64,000 nt of DNA, taken from the NCBI GenBank assembly GCA_030390025.1, contig CM059432.1, forward strand, positions 70,000,001 through 70,064,000. The letters run 5' to 3'. The DNA is from Squalus acanthias (Eukaryota). Positions 38,175 through 52,384 of the stretch are shown piece by piece. The first letter of the stretch is position 1. Each line of letters opens with the position of its first letter. The notes beneath the pieces were generated by a model that saw nothing but the letters and a program-made list of their open reading frames with translations, made no database searches and was not told where the DNA came from. The position numbers and the translations under genes are program-made.

Positions 38175-40740
38175 CATAGAAACATAGAACATAGATAAAT
38201 AGGAGCAGGAATAGGCCATTCGGCCCTTCGAGCCTGCTCCACCATTCAATATGATCATGGTTGATCCTCTATCTCAATACCATATTCCCGCTCTCTCCCC
38301 ATACCCCTTGATGCCTTTTGTGTCTAGAAATCTATCTATCTCCTTCTTAAATATATTCAGTGACTTGGCCTCCACAGCCTTCTGTGGTAGAGAATTCCAC
38401 AGGTTCACCACCCTCTGAGTGAAGAAATTTCTCCTCATCTCAGTCCTAAATATCCTACCCCGTATCTTGAGACTGTGACCCCTCGTTCTAGACCCCCCAG
38501 CCAGGGGAAACATCCTCCCTGCATCCAGTCTGTCTAGCCCTGTCAGAATTTTATACGTTTCAATGAGATCCCCTCTCATTCTTCTAAACTCTAGTGAATA
38601 CAGGCCTAGTCGACCCAATCTCTCCTCATACGACAGTCCTGCCATCCCAGGAATCTATCACCATTTAAATAATATTCTACCTTTCTGTTTTTCCTACCGA
38701 AGTGGATAACTTCACATTTATCCACGTTATAGTGCATCTGCCATGTATTTGCCCACTCACTCAACTTGTCTAAATCGCCTTGAAGCCTCTTTGCATCCTC
38801 CTCACAACTCACAATCCCACCTAGTTTCGTGTCGTCAGCAAACTTAGAAATATTACATTTGGTTCCCACATCCAAAATCATTGCTATATATTATGAATAG
38901 CTGGGGCCCAAGCACTGATCCCTGCGGTACCCCACTAGTCACCGCCTGCCACCCCGAAAAAGACCCATTTATTCCTACTCTGTTTCCTGTCTGATAACCA
39001 ATTTTCAATCCATGCCAGTATATTACCCCCAATCCCATATGCTTTAATTTTGCACACTAACCTCTTATGTGGGACTTTATCAAAGGCCTTCTGAAAATCC
39101 AAATACATCACATCCACTGGTTCTCCCTTATCTATTCTACCAGTTACATCCTCAAAAAACTCCAGTAGGTTTGTCAAACACAATTTCCCTTTCATAAATC
39201 CATGTTGACTTTGTCTAATCCTGCTGATATTTTCTAAGTGTCCTGTTATCACATCCTTTATAATAGACTCTAGCATTTTCCCTACTACCGATGTTAGGTT
39301 AACCGGTCTGTAGTTCCCTGTTTTCTCTCTCCCTCCTTTTTTAAATAGTGGGGTTACATTTGCCACCCTCCAATCTGCAGGAACTGTTCCATAATCTATA
39401 GAATTTTGGAAGATGTCAACCAATACATCCACTATTTCCATGGCTATCTCTTTTAGTACTCTGGGATGCAGATTATCAGGCCCTGGGGATTTATCAGCTT
39501 GCAGTCCCATTAATTTCTCCAGCACTATTTTTTTGCACATACTAATTTCCTTTAATTCCTCCTTCTCACTCGACCCTTGGTTCCCTAGCATTTCTGGGAA
39601 GTTATTTGTGTCCTCTTCTGTGAAGACAGAACCAAAGTATTTGTTTAATTGCTCAGCCATTTCCTTGTTCCCCATTATAAATTCTCCCGTTTCTGTCTGT
39701 AAGGGACCTACATTTGTCTTCACTAATCTTTTTCTTTTTACATACTTGTAGAAGCTTTTACAATCCACTTTTATGTTCCTTGCAAGTTTACTCTCGGACT
39801 CTATTTTTCCCCTCTTATTCAATCTCTTGGTCCTTTTTTGCTGAACTCTAAACTGCTCCCAATCCTCAGGCTTGCTACTTTTTCTGGCAACTTTATATGA
39901 CTCCTCTTTGGATCTAATACTATCCTTAATTTCTTTTGTTAGTCATGGTTGGGCCGCTTTACCTTTTGTGTTTTTGCGCCAGAAAGGAATGTATAACTGT
40001 TGCAATTCATGCATTCGTTCCTTAAATGTTAGCCATTGCCTATCCACCATCATGCCTTTTAATGAAGCTCCCCAATCTATCATAGCCAACTCACTCTCAT
40101 ACCATCGTAGTTTCCTTTGTTTAAATTTAGGACCCTAGTTTCGGATTGGACTTCTTCACTTCCCATTTTAATGAAGAATTCTATCATGTTATGGTCACTC
40201 TTCCCTAAAGGACCCCGCACAACAAGATTATTAATTAACCCCTTCTCATTGCACAATACCCAATCTAGGATAGCCCGTTCCCTAGTTGGCTCCTCAACGT
40301 ACTGGTCTAAAAAACCATCTCGTACACACTCCAGGAATTCATCCTCCACAGTATTATTGCTAATTTGGTTTGGCCAGTCTATATGTAGATTAAAGTCACC
40401 CATGATTACTGTAGCACCCCTGTTACATGCATCTCTAATTTCCTGTTTGATGCCATCCCCTACATTACCACTACTGTTTGGAGGCCTATAGACAACTCCC
40501 ACCAATGTTTTCTGCCCCTTGGTGTTTCTTAGCTCCACCCAGACTGATTCTACATCTTGATTTTTTGAGCCAATATCGTTTCTCACTATTCCTGATTTCA
40601 TCCTTTACTAACGAGGCCATCCCCACCTCCTTTTCCTTTTTGCCTGTCCTTCCTAAATATCGAATATCCTTAGATATTCAGCTCCCAGCCTTGGTCACCC
40701 TGCAGCCATGTCTCCATAATCGCAATTATATCGTATCCGT
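38175..40740 (-). mobile_element. CR1 LINE ORF2 (APE endonuclease and RT) with an internal deletion at about 38655
   Basis: ORFs 40080-40601 (VYRPP, IMGDFN, LGKSDHN), 38935-39822 and 38274-38881. (tagaaaca)n tail at 38175. Confidence 0.94.
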
Positions 40741-41594
40741 TTACCAAACAACAATTAAATTCAGTGACCTCAAGCTAGGTTTACTTACAGCAATTAGACT
40801 CTGTAACCTTAAAGATACTGGTTATTCTGCTCCAACTTTGAAGCAGAATAATACGTTATGTGTTGCAAGATATAATACGCATGTCATAAAACAGTATATC
40901 CTCTCTCTTAGCATGAGCAATGTCACAGGACGTCTGTGGTAAACTAAAAAAATGACATTTATAAATACAGTAAGTGAATAAATCTTATATTTTTCTTAAC
41001 TGTGTTCCTTTGTGTGTAGACTGAGGATTTTTACAGTACAAAAACATTTAACATTTTAGGTTTTTTTTTTATATATATAAAAAATTGCCTGTTATAATGT
41101 GAGCTTTCTGTAAATTAATAGAAATGTATCCAATGTTAGCAGTTTGACATGCAACTTAATGGGGAAAAAACTGTTAGTTTAGTGACAGTTTACACAATGC
41201 ATTTTATGGCAAATTAAAAAAAAATGATTTCTTGTCATTTTCACCTTTAATTACAACAGCTCCTGTTTTTGTAATTTCAGAGCACTGATGTGAAAAGAGT
41301 ACAGCACAATGCTCAACATTTGATACGTATTATATAATGTGACTTGTTAGGGACCTTTGAGAGGCCAGTTATCAGGAACCCCTCCAACAGTATATTGGTT
41401 TTGGCAGGTCCCTTGTATTCTACCTTTTTAATAAATCTCATTCAATGCCACAAAGTCTAAATTAAAAACGTAAAAAGGCAGTTCTGATTAAATTTTAAAG
41501 CTCATTATTTTTGGACCCTGTATTATGTGCTAGAGCTGATTAAGAAGTTTGATTGTTGGACACCTTTAGTTCAATTTTGGGATCTGTGGAGATT

Positions 41595-42018
41595 GTGGTT
41601 TAAGTCTGATGGATCTCATTTTCAGTTCAAATTCCACCACGACAGTTTGAGAATTTGAATTCAGCTTAAAAAGAAATCTGGAAATAGAAAGCTAGCATCG
41701 GTAAAAGTGACCGTGAAGCTGTCAGATTGTCGTTAAAAAAAAAAGCTCAACTGGTTCAATAATGTCCATTAGGGAAGGAAACCTGCCGTCCTTACTCAGT
41801 CTGGCCTATATGTGACTTCAGTCCCACACCAAAGTGGTTGACACTTAACTGTGTCTGTGTATCAAGCCACTACAACCTAACAGCATTGTGCGAGCACCTT
41901 GACCACAAAGACTGCAGCAGTTCAAGAAGCAGTCCCACCACCACCTTCGCAAGGCAGCTAACATTGGGCAATAAACGCTGGCCTTGCCTGTTATGCTCAT
42001 ATTCCGAGTTGGAAAAAA
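41595..42018 (+). mobile_element. SINE sharing its 3' tail with LINE-B
   Basis: B-box-like gttcaaattcc at about 41625, a unique body, then gactgcagcagttcaagaag...accaccacctt..caagg...tgggcaataaa.gctggccttgcc matching the LINE-B 3' end. Confidence 0.75.
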
Positions 42019-42217
42019 AGAATCATCTTACCCCCTCCCCGAGTATTTCCATTGCCTTGAACTATATCCAGCCAGGAAGGCTGGCAGATGCCCTGCTTCC
42101 AGGCCTCTGGTAGGTCTGATCTATGATTGATCAGATGGAGCCTCATGAAAACAACTAGGTGTCTTTCCCTCTGTGGGGAAATACATGCTCCATGCTCAGC
42201 ACTTCTGCATAGTAATA

Positions 42218-44240
42218 TTTTTTTTTAATTCGCTTATTGGATCTGGGCATCGCTGGCAAGGCCAGCATTTATTGCCCATCCCTAGTTGCCCTTGAGAAGG
42301 TGGTGGTGCGCCGCCTTCTTGAACCGCTGCAGTCCGTGTGGTGATGGTACTCCCACTGTGCTGTCAGGTAGGGAGTTCCACGATTTTGACCCAGCGACGA
42401 TGAAGGATCGGCGATATACTTCTAAGTCAGGATGGTGTGTGACTTGGAGGGGAACTTGGAGGTGGTGGTGTTCCCATGCACCTGCTGCCCTTGTCCTTCT
42501 AGGTGGAAGAGGTCGTGGGTTTGGGAGGTGCTGCCGAAGAAGCCTTGGCGAGTTGCTGCAGTGCATCTTGTAGATGGTGCACACTGCAGCCACGGTACGC
42601 CGGTGGTGGAGGGAGTGAATGTTTAAGGTGGTGGATGGGGTGCCAATCAAGCGGGCTGCTTTGTCCTGGATGGTGTCGAGCTTCTTGAGTGTTGTTGGAG
42701 CTGCACTCATCCAGGCAAGTGGAATGTATTCCATCACACTCCTTACTTGTGCCTTGTAGATGGTGGAAAGGCTTTGGGGAGTCAGGAAGTGAGACACTCG
42801 CTGCAGAATACCTAGCCTCTGACCTGCTCTTGTTGTCACAGTATTTATGTGGCTGGTCCAGTTAAGTTTCTGGTTAATGGTTACCCCCAGGATGTTGATA
42901 GTGGGGTATTCGGCGATAGTAATGCCATTGAATGTCAAGGGGAGGTGGTTAGACTCTCGCATGTTGGAGATAGTCATTGCCTGGCACTTCTGTGAGGCGA
43001 ATGTTACCTGCCACTTATCAGCCCAAGCCTGAACGTCGTCCAGGTCTTGTTGCATGCGGGCATTGACTGCTTCATTATCTGAGGAGTTGTGAATGGTGCT
43101 GAACACTGCAGTCATCAGCGAACATCCCCATTTCTGACCTTATGTTGGATGGAAGGTTATTGATGAAGCAGCTGAAGATGGTTGGGCCTAGGACACTGAC
43201 CTGAGGAACTCCTGCAGTGATGTCCTGGGGATGTGATGATTGACCTTCAACCACCACAACCATCTTCCTTTGTGCTAGGTATGACTCCAGCCAGTGGAGG
43301 GTTTTCCCCCTGATTCCCATTGACTTCAGTTTTACCTAGGCTCCTTGATGCCAGACTCGGTCAAATGCTGCCTTGATGTCAAGGGCAGTCACTCTCACCT
43401 CACCTCTGGAATTCAGCTCCTTTGTCCATGTTTGGACCAAGGCTGTAATGAGGTCGGGAGCCGAGTGGTCTTGGCGGAACCTAAACTGGGCATCAGTGAG
43501 CAGGTTATTGGTGAGTAAGTGCCGTTTGATAGCACTGTCGATGATACCTTCCATCACTTTGCTGATGATTGAGAGTAGACTGATGGGGCGGTAATTGGCC
43601 GGGTTGGATTTGTCCTGCTTTTTGTGGACAGGACATACCTGGGCAGTTTTCCACATTGTCGGATAGATGCCAGTGTTGTAGCTGTGATTGTACAGCTTGG
43701 CTACAGGCGTGGTTAGTTCTGGAGCACAAGCCTTCAGCACGATCGCCGGGATGTTGTCGGGGCCCATAGCTTTTGCTGTATCCAGTGCGCTCAGCTGTTT
43801 CTTGATATCACGTGGAGTGAAGCGAATTGGCTGAAGACTGGCTTCTGTGATGGTGGGGACCTCGGGAGTAGGCCGATATGGATCATCTACTCGGCACTTC
43901 TGGCTGAAGTTGGTTGCAAACGCTTCAGCCTTGTCTTTTGCACTCACGTGCTGGGCTCCACCATCATTGAGGATGGGGATATTCATAGAGCCTCCTCCTC
44001 CGGTTACTTGTTTAATAGTCCTCCATCATTCACGACTGGATGTGGCAGGACTGCCGAGCTTTGATCTGATGCGTTGATTGTGGGATTGCTTAGCCTTGTC
44101 TATAGCATGCTGCTTCTGCTTTTTAGCATTCATGTAGTCCTGTGTTGCAGCTTCCCCAGGTTGGCTCCTCATTTTTAGGTATGCCTGGTGCTGCCCCGGC
44201 ATGCTCTTCTACACTCCTTGTTTAACCAGGGTTGGTCCCC
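42218..44240 (-). mobile_element. LINE-B, 5'-truncated (RT domain and 3' end)
   Basis: Minus ORFs 42282-43115, 43075-43320 and 43336-43986. A-tail at 42218. Confidence 0.93.
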
Positions 44241-44384
44241 TGGCTTGGTGGTAATGGTAAAGTGTCTATGGCTATGTGTGCTTTTGACTAGCTTGAACTT
44301 ATGCCATGCCACCCTTCGGCACAGCCCCAACATTTTGCATCGCTATGCTACAATAACTGTCTGTATACAAAGTATTGGTAAGAC

Positions 44385-44488
44385 CAGTTTATTAATAAAA
44401 GATCATCGACCTGAAACATTAACACTGTTTCTGTCTCCACAGATGCTGCCTGACCTGCTGAGAATTTTCAGCATTTTCTGTTTTTATT
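44385..44488 (+). repeat. Penelope-like terminal repeat remnant
   Basis: gatcatcgacctgaaacattaac..ctccacagatgctgcctgacctgctgag..cagcattttctgttttt. Confidence 0.55.
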
Positions 44489-45049
44489 AAAATACAACTT
44501 ATGTTCTCTCAGGTTGGCCTTGTGCCTTATTTCACTCTCTGTCATAGCCTCTGTCAGTACAACTCTGATGCTGGTAACTTAGAGTAATACAAGAATGCTT
44601 CTTTATTTGATTATTTTCTGCTCCCTTTTCTCACTTTCTGTGGGAAGCCACTGTGTACCTGCTATTGACAGTTTGGCAAACATTACAGACTTGCTGTATA
44701 GTCAATCACTGGCTTTAAGTTGTGTCCTACTGCAGACCAATATACTATGAAACTACCCTGCCAGTTTCTAATAAAATTTCCCTTTGAATGACAATGGTAT
44801 GAAATGAGAACAGCGATATAAAGACAGGAACTAAATACTATAAATACAGAAGACTCACAGGACCTGCAGTTCATTCCAGAAGTAAGCCCCAATAATCCAG
44901 ATATGTTGAGGGTACTGAGAATCAGTGATAGTTTTATTTCCAGAAGTGAGGTGACCCCTGTGCAATCACTGTGGAAATAACAATCATATTATATCTGTGA
45001 AGTATTGAGTTGATAATGTGGATTGACCTATTCCCCTGATGTTTATGCT

Positions 45050-45500
45050 GGTTAAGCCAGGAGTAGCTGAGCCATACCGACAAGGAATGTACCAATTTAA
45101 TCCCGAGTCTATGGTGAGTTAGCAGATCTCAGAAGGGTTGGCAGTGGAGATGTTACAATTTGTCTCAATACCCCTTAATTAGAGAAGGGAAAATGAGCCA
45201 GGAATCCCACTCCTAACTCCTGCTAGAAATATCGATAGGTGGACTTTGGATGAGGACATAATTGAGCTTGGCCATGATTCCTTCTTTCTGGAAAAGGCTG
45301 CTGACAATCCCTATTCAACTCACACATGAAGTGGGTAATTTTAACCGTAGTCCGCTTGTCGGGAAACTGATGGGATCGGATCGGTTGCTCGTTTTACACC
45401 CCACCTGATTTCCATTGACTTCACCAGACGGGTTAGGGTAACATTATCCCAAAGAATGGCACTGGGGTTAGCTACTGGAAAACGACAGTTGGCTATGGAA
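45050..45500 (+). repeat. Old SINE-like repeat containing a possible ~118-bp mini-MITE (45333-45450)
   Basis: Similar to 37260-37570. The insert is bounded by gggtaattttaacc and ggtaacattatccc. Confidence 0.5.
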
Positions 45501-45557
45501 CCATAGTTAAGCAAACAGTCAGTGTCGGGAAGGGAGGGAGACCTTTGGTAGAAGGCC

Positions 45558-47746
45558 CTAGAAGGCCCTCGACATGGACGGCCGCAGTCTACCCTGGCTG
45601 GCTGACAGACAGCGGCAAGGGCAATGGCAGAGTGGCAGTGGTGGGAATAGGAATGCTGTCATCTTGAGAGAGGACAGCAGGGTCCTGCTCCACTGCCCCA
45701 CTGCCCCACTGCCACTCCCGTGGGGCGGCACCTCAGCATTTCTAGCCATCTGTTGGAGGACAGATTGCTGAGCTGCTGTGACACCGTGCCAGCCCGGTTG
45801 ACAGTGGTAAACCCAGCCACAATGTAAGCAGATAGAGCTTGGGTGGCATCAAGCTGAGATTGCAGGAGAGCAGTCTGAGCTTGGATGGCATCAAGCTGAG
45901 ACTGCATGACAGTGGTCTGAGTTTGGGTGGCATCACACTGAGACTGCATGAGTGCTGTCCGAGTTCGGGATGGCACCAAGCAGATACTGCATGAGAGCGG
46001 TCTGTGCTTCCGCTGCAGCACTAAGACGTTGGGTCGCTTCCACCTGTGCTGCAATGGCAGCCACGACATCACCCATCACACACAGCATCACGTCTTCGGG
46101 AGTCTGCAATCATTTCCAGCCCTGTGCAATGTTGGAGACGGACTCCTCTACGCTCCTTGACATTGCCACGAGGAACTCTGGTAGGATGGCAATTGCACCT
46201 ATCAATTCGGTGTACATGCCCGTCACCCTTCTGAAAGCCCTCCCATCAAGGTCCTCATCTGAGTCCTGTGCTGCAGAAGTCTTGTGCAAATTCGTCCTCC
46301 GGGGAGCTGGCCCCCGAGCTACCCTTTCCCCGGCCTTACTGCAGCCCATTCATGCTCAGTGCCTCACTCTGTGCAGATCCAGCTACTACACTAGCCTCTA
46401 AAGTACGCGTAGTGCCAGTTTCTGAGCTGGTGTCTGCGAGTGACAGATTCAGTGACGCAGTGCCTTCTTCCTCCTCTTCTTCTCCCCCCTCGCTCTCTTG
46501 CATCACCTCAGGGACTGGCTGGTCCACTGCTTGTTGTTGATTATCTGAAAGCAGAAAGGGGCTATGGTGAGGGGACGAGGGGTAAGCCAGACATGCATGA
46601 ATACAGGATCAGCAGCTTGAAAGTGAGAAGAGGTTGTGGGCTGAGTGGGAAGTGGGATATGAGAATAAGGATTAGGAATGACCATACCATTGTTGTCCCC
46701 AAGGTGTTCAACCTCTCCAGTTGCCACGGCCTCTACCATGTGCCGCCTAATGATCTGCAGAACTCTCTCCTCAAGCTGTCTGAGGTCCTGCATGTCTGCA
46801 TGTCAGCATGTACTCCCCTGCCCCACCCCCGCCCATCTGCTGTTCCCTCTGGTTGTGAGCCACCTTGGCCTGCAAGACAAAGAGAAGTGTGTGAGTGAAA
46901 GTAGTGCAGTGTGTTTGGGTGATGTGTCTACCATAATTGAATAGCTGACATTTTGTGGTGGGTGTGGGTGTGAGTGTTGCAGCAATGGTAAGGTTGTGAA
47001 GGTGAAGTGAAGCTCTGATCATGAGGTGTGAGTGTTGATAAGTAGAGATTGTTGGTAGGTGAGTACAGGGTGGGTACTGGGGGGTATGGTGCATTGAGCA
47101 GTGTGTGAGGCTTGTGGTATATGGCATTCTCTGAAGCCTTCACTCACCTTGACCACCCCTGTGAGGTCATTAAACTTCTTTCGGCACAAGATGGCCGACA
47201 CTGGCACCACAGTGCTCACCATCACATGTGCGGCTATCTCTTGCCACATCATTCGGGAGGTGTATGGCATGAGCTTCCTGCCAGTTTGGGGGAAGAGGAC
47301 AGCCGGTCTCCTTTCCATGGCCACAACCAGTGCCTCCAGAGGTGTATCTGAAAACCTCCTGGTTCTCCCCCTATTAGGATGCTCTACCATTGCTTTGGAG
47401 CTCCTACTCTTCCTTCTTCTTCTTCTTCCTCTTCGTGTTCTTATGGCGGCTGCAGTTGGAACTGCTGTGACAATGAGGTGCTGTAGCCTCAATGCACCTC
47501 CCCTTTAAGTAGTGGAAAAAGCCTGTGCCACACATGACTGGTAATTAGACTGGCCCCGATATTGGTCCACCTGTTGAGTGTTAAGCCAATGAGCAACAGT
47601 TTTAGAGCTGAAATCATGATTATAATCATGATAATGAGGAATGAGCACGACTCTTGCGTGCTACCTAGACCATTTTGAAGTGGCACAGCTTAACATCGTT
47701 AGGCCTTAACACTGCCCGTTTCGTAGCTATATCCAATTTCTAGGCC
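45558..47746 (-). mobile_element. Harbinger Myb half; Myb exons 47390-47148, 46869-46688 and 46544-~45558
   Basis: MVEHPNRGRTRRFSDTPLEALV...LCRKKFNDLTGVVK|AKVAHNQREQQMGGGG... The distal part is homologous to 34900-35150. Contains a 42-bp coding repeat (QSQLDA.Q.QT). Confidence 0.83.
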
Positions 47747-49574
47747 TGTGTTTTTTAAATCTAAAATATCTACCCCAGACCTATATGCCTGTGGGGACTG
47801 TGAGACTAGTAGGAAAATAGTCCCAATCCCTACGGCTGATGATCTCATCCCTAAGGAAATATAGCAAGTCCCATTCTGGGATTTCTTTATTGTTTATGCA
47901 AAGGGCCTTCTCACGAATGGAATCCACTTGGTGTATTACTACTCCCCATTGAGTGAACTGCAACAGCAAAAATGTAGACACACAAACTACTTTTATGTTT
48001 CTTGAAAAGTTACTTGCAAATATGTTTTGGGCAACTCAAAACCAATGCTAATTATCATAATGATCTCCTCAATCAGATGACACATGTGGGACATTTCCAA
48101 ACCAAACTTCTGAGAAATCTCTGTATGTACCCCCTCCCATTGAGAGCAAAGAATGTAGATGAAGGTTGGAAAGAGCAAAGGGCAAAACTCTTGAGTGTGC
48201 ATAAAGGTAAAGCTGGAGTTTTAACAAGCTAAAACCACATTGCTTACCAGTAAAAGGAACTGATGTGCTTCTCAGTGCTTGACCAGCTAAGACCATCCTT
48301 CCTATTAAGGCATTGACTTGCAGTTATCTGTGTGGAAGGAAGCCCAACCTGCAGTGGCAAACTCATTAGTCCCATCAATGAGCCAGCCTAGCTGGTCAAT
48401 TATTATCAGCACCCTGAAATACTACAGACTGACCTAACTCAGTCTGCCATAGCAGATTAATTCCAATCTTCCTTCAAAAGTGTGTCATCCTAGAGTTAAC
48501 TTGGCGCAAAAAAACTGCACTTAACCCTCTACAAGGAGGATAGTTACCAATTAGTCATTGCCTGAAAAGAATGTAGTTTACACGGTAATAGATAGTTGTG
48601 ACATTTAATTTTGTAACCTGTCTATTATTGCTTTTTGTACCTATTATTAAGATCACTTGTTATCTAACAGTCGATATTTAGAAACACAAAGAGCCTATTC
48701 AAAAAGCCTTACGGATCTATAAATAGCTTTTGTCTTTAATATTTAGCAATTTACCTTAATTTAATTTTCTGTTTGTACAGGTCAAGAAACAAATAATTAT
48801 ATTTTTCCCGTGCATTTGCTGACTTTGTTATTTAATTTCTTTGAGTATTGTTCTAAAGGTGGCAGCTCTGTGTGATCATATTGTCATTAGGGACTTTGTT
48901 GCTCAAGGGAGCAGGACGACAGTGCCAGATTGGATGCATTCACTGGAAAGCCTCTGAAACACCAGCTGAGTACTGTGATGCATGACAGCTTGAAAATACT
49001 GCCCGGGTTAGTGAATACCACTGGAGGATTCTGCTTTTTAACTTTGCCAGTATAAGAAATGGAAGATTAATTCTGCTCATCACAATATTACAGTGTGTGA
49101 ACAGATTTAAGAAATTCCTAATTTGTAACTGTGCTTTAGGTGCTGACAACTCTTTTCAAAAATTGTTAATGTTGGTTTGGTTCATCTTTAAAGTGAACAA
49201 TCTTGGGTTCACCTTACAGATTGGGGAGACGGGAGAGGACAGGAAGTACTTTCAATCAGGTCAACCTGTTGGAGATCTGCCACGTTGGGTCTGCCAATCA
49301 GGGGAGAGGTGATCGGCTAATGTAGATAGTTGAGCTGTCAACAAACATCTGTTATTGCTTTGTGTTCTAGTCCTAAATGCCAATCCGGGAGCTTCAAATG
49401 CATTCAAAAGTTCTCTGTCTCCTGAAACAGGTGATTAGATTATCGGGATCAGCATTTAGTAGGCTGACCCACTATTATTCAAATTAAGATTTTCTCTAAA
49501 CAGGTAGTTGAAATAAACGCTGAATTTATTTATTCAAAAACATTTATGGGAAAGTACTTTAAATACTTTTAATA

Positions 49575-50008
49575 CAGGAAAGGATGAACAGGCTGCGTCT
49601 CTTTTCTCTTAAAAAGGGAAGGCTGAGGGGTGACCTAATAGAGGTCTTTAAAATGATGAAAGGTTTTGATAGAGTAGATACAGAGAGAATGTTTCCACTT
49701 GTGGGGAAGAGCAAAACTAGAGGCCATCAATATAAGATAGTCACCAAGAAATCCAATAGGGAATTCAGAAGAAACTTCTTTACCCAAAGAGTGGTGAGAA
49801 TGTGGAACTCACTACCACAGGGAGTGGTTGAAGCGAATAGTATAGATGCATTTAAAGGGCAGTTAGATAAGCATGTGAGGGAGAAGGGAATAGAGGGTTA
49901 TGCTGATAGAGTTAGATGAGGAAAGACGGAAGGAGGCTCGAGTGGAGCATAAACGCCGGCATGGACTGGTTGGGCCAAATGGCCTGTTTCTGTGCTATAT
50001 GTATGTAA
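49575..50008 (+). mobile_element. CR1 3' end (family of 30240-32448)
   Basis: ORF 49584-49919, RLRGDLIEVFK...NFFTQRVVRMWNSLP. Confidence 0.92.
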
Positions 50009-50220
50009 ATTGAAAATAGTCCACTCCCCAACTCACAGTATGGTATCTGTTATATCAAGAGGGGCATAACCCTATTATATCAAATGCAATTTCTGACAGA
50101 ATATATTCTGTATGTCAAACATGTAACTATTTTTGATAGAGTCTTACTGACAGAAATAAATAGTGACCCATACTGTCTGGAAGACAGCCTAAAATAACAG
50201 GACATTGTTGGTAGCTCATG

Positions 50221-50770
50221 ACACATAGAAACATAGAAGATAGGAGCAGGAGTAGGCCATTCGGCCCCTCGAGCCTGCTCCGCCATTCAATGAGATCATG
50301 GCTGATCATCCAAGTTCAGTACCCTGTCCCTGCTTTCTCCCCATATCCCTTGATCCATTTAGCCTTAAGAAATATATCTAACTCCTTCTTGAATATATTT
50401 AATGAATTGGCCTCAACTGCCTTGTGTGGTAGAGAATTCCACAGGTTCACCACTCTCTGGGTGAAGAAATTCCTCCTCATCTCAGTCCTAAATGGCTTAC
50501 CCCTTATCCTTAGACTGTGACCCCTGGTTCTGGACTCCCCCGCCATCGGGAACATCCTTCCTGCATCTAGTCTGTCTAGTCCTGTTAGAATTTTATAAGT
50601 TTCGATGAGATCCCCTCTCATTCTTCTAAACTCTAGCGAATATAAGCCTAATCGACCCAATCTCTCCTCATACGTCATTCCTGCCATCCCAGGTATCAGT
50701 CTGGTGAATCTTCGCTGCACTCTCTCTATGGCAAGAACATCCTTCCTCAGATAAGGTGACCAAAACTGCA
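50221..50770 (-). mobile_element. CR1 3' end
   Basis: ORF 50316-50789 and (catagaaa)n tail. Confidence 0.92.
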
Positions 50771-51998
50771 CCTTGGACACCTTGTCCATTTACCTGGTTC
50801 AAACCTCATTCCCAGTAGCACATCACTAAAATCCTGCATTGATACTAAATAGTTGAGGGCAGGGGAGGAGGAAATAGAACATACTGCAAAAATATTCTCA
50901 ACAGTGTATCAGAGTTCTGGGGAGCCAGTGCAAATCTGCAGCACTGTAACAAGAATAGATTCTTATCTAGAGTCTCTTACTGGATGTGCATTCTGGATGG
51001 ACTACTAAATAATAAATCAGAGTGTTCAATTCATAATAATGTATATAATTTTAATTAAGTAGGTAACAAACCCTCATGGATTCATTGATAATGGATGTAA
51101 GTCTTGTCTTATAATAAGACATATCAAATTATTATAGGATTTTTGCACAGGAGCTTTTACTGTATAAAGGCCTTGTTTCTGTCAAGCATTACTGCTGCCA
51201 AGAAATTAGATCTGTTTGAAAGCATGACCTAAACTCTATTTAATAATTGACTAACGGTGAACATGCATAAAGCCCACCACTTAATTATCTGCCCCAGAGA
51301 CTGTGGCTGAGAGTTTTATCAACAATCTGTCCCACAATTATTTTCTCATTACGGCCGATGAACATTTTAAAATGATTTAACCATTAAAATGCTAAGCAGT
51401 AGTCTGTTGACCAGTGCTGGTATAATCTATCACTTAAAGGTGGTTCTAGGCTCAAACCCAAGAAATCAGAACAACAATTTTGATTTTGTTTAAAAAAAAA
51501 TCTGCATGTATGTGTACCAACTTTAAATGTTCAGTTAAAGGATGGATGATTTATTATATACATGAGGAGATGCAACATTCTATCATCCTTGGGTGAATGA
51601 AGCCATTTTATTTTTTAAGGTCAACTATTCATCACTTGATAGACTTCATCTGATTACATCATTTTCAATAAATGTTCAGTGTAGATGTCATCGAGTAATA
51701 CTCAGCATATTGGCTGTCTTCTCCACCATGACCTGGAGCATATTGGGCACTGAGGTCCACCCTGACACGTGGTTCTTTAGCCACCTAGATGTACCATCAC
51801 AGCCACTGTGAGTGAAATAGAATAACATTCCTTTCCCTGTACTACACAGTATATATTTAAAAAGCGTTATTGAAAAAATGATAATGAAATGTTGGGATCA
51901 ATTGCTGATTATAAACTGGTTTGGATGATTTCTAAAACTTTCTGGACCACTCAGTAAGATCACTCCCAGATTTTTTCTGAACATCCTTTTATATATTA

Positions 51999-52384
51999 CA
52001 GGAAACTCTTTATTAACCGGCACCGACGGGACCGGCGTGGTGCCGGTTTATCGAAAGTACCGGATAACGGAGAGTTATATCTACCGAGGCTATTTTTAAC
52101 AAAGAAAAATAAATAAATCAAGAAATGTGCAGTATACAGTATTTGGGTACTTTTGAAAACTACCCCTACTGACTAAATTGGCGTTCGCGGACTCGGATTC
52201 AGACTCGGGATCGGCAACATTGCCGGTTATTTGAGAGGAGTTTTCGGAGTACTCGGCGTTCGCGGAGACTCGACTGCGACTCGGCAACATTGCCGGTTAT
52301 TTGAGAGGAGTTTTCGGAGGATGATTTTTGCCGGTTAAGCAAGAATTCCGGATATTTGGGTGCCGGATAAACAAAAGTTTCCTG
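51999..52384. mobile_element. Tc1/mariner (pogo/Tigger-like) MITE with TA TSD
   Basis: TA|CAGGAAACTCTTTATTAACCGGCACC ... GGTGCCGGATAAACAAAAGTTTCCTG|TA. Internal tandem duplication with a period of about 76 bp (52179-52319). Confidence 0.85.
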
